A DNA stretch of 64,000 nt from Octopus sinensis. Lineage: Eukaryota. Below the pieces are notes generated by a model. The model saw only the letters and a program-made list of their open reading frames with translations, was not told the origin of the DNA and ran no database searches. This document shows, in pieces, positions 60,081 to 64,000 of this stretch (positions are counted from its first letter, which is position 1; the number at the start of each line of letters is the position of its first letter). A program made the translations under genes and the position numbers. The stretch spans positions 100,192,001 to 100,256,000 of the forward strand of contig NC_043006.1 in NCBI RefSeq assembly GCF_006345805.1, in the 5' to 3' direction.

Positions 60081-62251
60081 TTCCAGGCGTCTAATTGTTC
60101 TAGCCCTCTGCATCTTGAGTTCTAATCTCACCGTGGTGAATTTCTTCTTTCACTTTTTCATCATGGAGTTACTATGTACCAGTCGCGTTTGGTGGGCTGA
60201 CGCTATTCCGAAACAGTAGTACTTACTTCCGCCTTATATCATTCTGAATTCAAATCCTACAATACATGTTTGGATGGCAAGCCCAGTCTGTCTCCAGGTT
60301 TAACATCACCACCTGGCATCTTTCACTCCTTGAGCACAATCCATTCTGTTTCAAGCTTTTAGATCAAATTTTCAAACTATGTTATTTTGCAATCAAAAAC
60401 ACACCTCCGTATATTTTCCGTTCGGCAGTAGTAGTTATTCCAACGTACTAAGATAAACTTTCTTTTAAATGCCAATATTAAACTGACGAACACTACACAA
60501 ATAGTGAGTCCACTGCCTCTTAGTACATCTATTATTAATTCGCCATTGACTAAGAATTTTGCTTGGAGGTATGTGACGAAAATCTCTTCCACTTTTTTGT
60601 TTATTTTCAGTTGAATTTTACTTATTTTTTATGTTGTAGATATTCTATCTTCATTTACCGTCTGCGGCCTCTGAGATTGTTTGGAAGTCTTGTTTATTTT
60701 CCGAAAGTTCTACTTCCCGCAAAAGAAATAGCGGGTTTGGTAGCTTTTAACTAAGTTGTAGGGAAGCTGATACATAGTGATCTGCTCCACCATTTTTGGA
60801 GCTATGACTGGTGCTTCTCCGAAAACTGGGGCTTTGTCTCAACTGCTCTCCACTACCTTCATCCAATTTCATAGCCTTTAAAGTTCTTTAGGCAAAATAT
60901 CTTGTGCATAATAACTAAGCCTGCTGCTTTGTGCCATCCTTTTCTGACTCATTTGTTTCGGTAACCATGAACGGGCACAGGGATTCTTCGAATCTGTGAC
61001 GTTCCCTGTTTATTGCAGCTGATCCACCTCGATCGTTCCCAAATATATAGTGTCTCCCGTCAGTCCAGTCCCAGCTACCCGAAGAAATTGCGATACAAAG
61101 TTAACGGCAATTTACAGTTCTACCTGATTCTAATGTTTTCGATTTTCTTCTACTTTGTTTTAGCACGTATTGAGGAACATACGGCTAACTGTTTCATACT
61201 GCATTTTGTTTGAGAATTCTTTAACAATACTATAATATGAACGATTCACGTGTGATCTCACACTCTGAATACTGGTACTTCTGTCATCGCTACCGCAAAA
61301 TTATGTACTTGGATCGTCCAAAATATTTCTTACTTATATCAATCATTCTGTAAAATGTTCATCATCTTGTTTTGTTTGACATCATGTCGAAAACTTTGCT
61401 GTTGTCAATAATTGTCAGTCATACATATATTTTGTTGTGCTTGCAGGGTAAGAGTGGTGGATATTTTGAACGTGAAATCTACTCAAAATGACTGAGAAAG
61501 CAATTGGGAGTTTGTCGGCAACTGAGCAGATGATTAGTAAAAATACTGGCATAGAATTTGGGATCGAGAAATGTGGTATAATGATTCTCAGAAGGGGAAA
61601 ATTAGTAAAAACCATGGGATATATGTACAATTTCCTGTGAGTATTTTAAATTTCCCTCCAAATAAATTTTGAAACTTAGATAACTACTGTTTTCGAACAC
61701 ATGAACGACCCTCTTTAAAAACTTTACTATCAACAATTTCTGTGCATATCTATCCTTTCCCTTTTCCCTAACTTTTGGAAAATGTAAACATCCTCTGTAG
61801 GTTTTATTCTTAGAACACTGCAGTCTTCACTGTTCAGACAAACAAAAGATCGTCCTTAGTAAATTTTAGAACTTTAATATATACAATTTTCTGCGAAAAT
61901 TTTACCCTCCTTTCGTTTCCTTTCCTTTCTCCCTGAGTATCCAAAAATGTAAACATCATTTTCATTGCAAAAACACTAGTCTTCCCTGATCGGACATACA
62001 AAAGGTCATCTCTAAAAGATTTAAAGATTTTAATATCTAAAATTTTGTGTGAAAATTTTACCTTTCCTTTCTCTCTGACTACCCGGATATGTAACCTCAC
62101 CTCTTATTGCCACATCACAATTAAATGCACGAGAAAAAATTAAAGACCTAAGCACTGCACAGTTACAAAAACTGTAAAGCACAGCAAAATTAATAAAAAG
62201 AAAAATTGAAAAAAAATCAGAGATGCAAGAATTCAACAATGAGAACATCAG

Positions 62252-62282
<31 letters not shown>

Positions 62283-62894
62283 TATATATAATATATATAT
62301 ATATATATTACTTTTTCGTATCAGTAATTAATGACAGGTCAAGATGAATTGGTTCTTTTCAGGGCCAACATCAGTGCTCTTATTGATAGCTAGTACTAGT
62401 AAAAAGATTTGACCTCTGCTGACTCCAAGGGTATGAGGCCTATTTTGTCTCCTTATTGCACAGGAAAACCCATTGCTGATCTTCTGACCATCTACCGAAT
62501 CGATGTACAAACCAGTTGAATTTTTTCTGTTCACTAAACTGTTTCCCTTCCTCCTACAATTCCCTTCAACCCTGGCATATTTATGATTATCTCAAGTACA
62601 AGATAAAAGTTGAAACTAAAATACATTTGATAATACCACACAGTAGTAGTAGTAAAGATGGCAGATTTAAATAAATAATGGTTATACTGTCATCATTGTT
62701 ATGAAGTGTTAACCACAACTATGCAGATCAAGGCACTATTGGTGGTAACTAATGATGAGCAATGCTGCAATAACAAGGTTAAATTAACTGTAACGGTGTT
62801 AAAGGTGGAGTCTACAATAGTGGCAGAGACAACAACCGTCTCTACATTTGCTAGAATAAGGGTTCAATACTGATGATTTTAATGTAGCAAAAAT

Positions 62895-64000
62895 ATGTCT
62901 AATGAAGCACAAAGGAAAACTGCAACAGTATACCAGATCGCCTGTCCTGTGGTTATTCTGCAAGCGCGTCCCCCAGGTGAGAGTAGACTGAGCTCGAAAA
63001 GTCATCCACTATCACACACTTCTCTGGACGATCACTTGAACGGGAAGTACCCCAACTCTAGCCCTCCAATTCCACCACCACACCTACAACAGAAAGAAGA
63101 ATGTAAGAGGGTCACATGGACCTGTGAAGAGTATACAGAAGTAATATACGCCTATTACTATGCATTAGGCAGGCCATCAGAAGAGAAACACACCGCATAC
63201 ACTTATCAAATATGGAGAACACAAAATCAAGACAGCAGACTATGTTTGGACGAAAACAAGTTAGCAAACGTTAGGAAGGATATCTTAAGAAATAAAAGAC
63301 TCACAGATAGTGAAATAACTGCGATCAAGCACGCAACGGAAAATGACCAAATATAAGACAGCAAGGAAATGAAGAAGCAGTCGTAGAGAGCAACTCTCCA
63401 CGAGACAAGATCATGCAAACGTCTGGAGAAATAAATTGTAATGAACGTGATAAAGATAGCGAGGAAAGTGGTAAAGAAACGATATTTGAAGAATACGCAT
63501 TTGCTGAAGGTCACTGAGAGTCTATGATAGAACTGAAACAGAAAACCCGGATATAAGCTTGCAGTTGTAAGACATACTAATATGCATGATATAGAACTAT
63601 TTCATAAGATCTCAAATACAATCCAAAATAGAATAAAAGTTAAAATTAGGAACTGTGTAAGAAAGGGAATTATACAAGAACTAAAACCAGATATCACTGA
63701 ATTAAATGAAATTATTTACGCAGCTGTTAAAACAATTGAAACCAGTTGTATGTCTCTGAAAAAACAAAGATATACAAACCTGAGAAGAATTCCAAACTGG
63801 AAAAGTACGAGTGAAAAAGAGATTGAAATAATGAGAGGTGAAATATCAATATTGAATGGACTTATCTGTGGAAACAATGTAAAAAACAAAAAAGGAGGAA
63901 AGATGAAGAGAAAACAGATTCTCACCAAGAGAGGAACTGCTTTCAGCAAAAGAAACACTGCAACAAAAATCCATGCAAAATCTCGAAGAACGATACCATT
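62895..64000 (+). mobile_element. R4-like LINE N-terminal region running off the window
   Basis: RVTWTCEEYTEVIYAYYYA..IWRTQN..LDENKLANVRKDILRNKRLTDSEI parallels IWKVNN..MNPNKLANVRRYILKAKKISEIEI at 32830-32940. Confidence 0.7.

Overview
This is an AT-rich, microsatellite-dense animal genomic window with no recognisable host protein-coding exon. The SINE families and repeat load suggest an octopus-like cephalopod, which is inference only. Most of the window is nested transposon debris: many R4/Dong-clade LINE copies sitting in (TAA)n tracts, with a near-complete but frameshifted copy at 32.8-36.1 kb; Tc1, mariner, maT-like and Chapaev3-like DNA transposons; a Gypsy 3' end with LTR; RTE and CR1/Jockey fragments; and three SINE families. 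Three observations stand out. (1) About 12 type I hammerhead ribozyme (HHR) motifs from several unrelated sequence families. Most lie in non-coding inverted or tandem elements with Penelope-like architecture, one lies next to a decayed GIY-YIG ORF, and one is a 357-bp retrozyme-like tandem whose core carries a compensatory U3-A8 pair. (2) A ~3-kb decayed minus-strand ORF at 14.6-17.7 kb with the capping (PRNTase) and methyltransferase motifs of a negative-strand RNA virus L protein, i.e. a candidate endogenous viral element, plus two weaker virus-like decayed ORFs nearby. (3) A U2 snRNA copy fused to an RTE LINE tail. All identifications come from manual reading and recalled motifs; no alignments, folding or database searches were run, and many boundaries are approximate.
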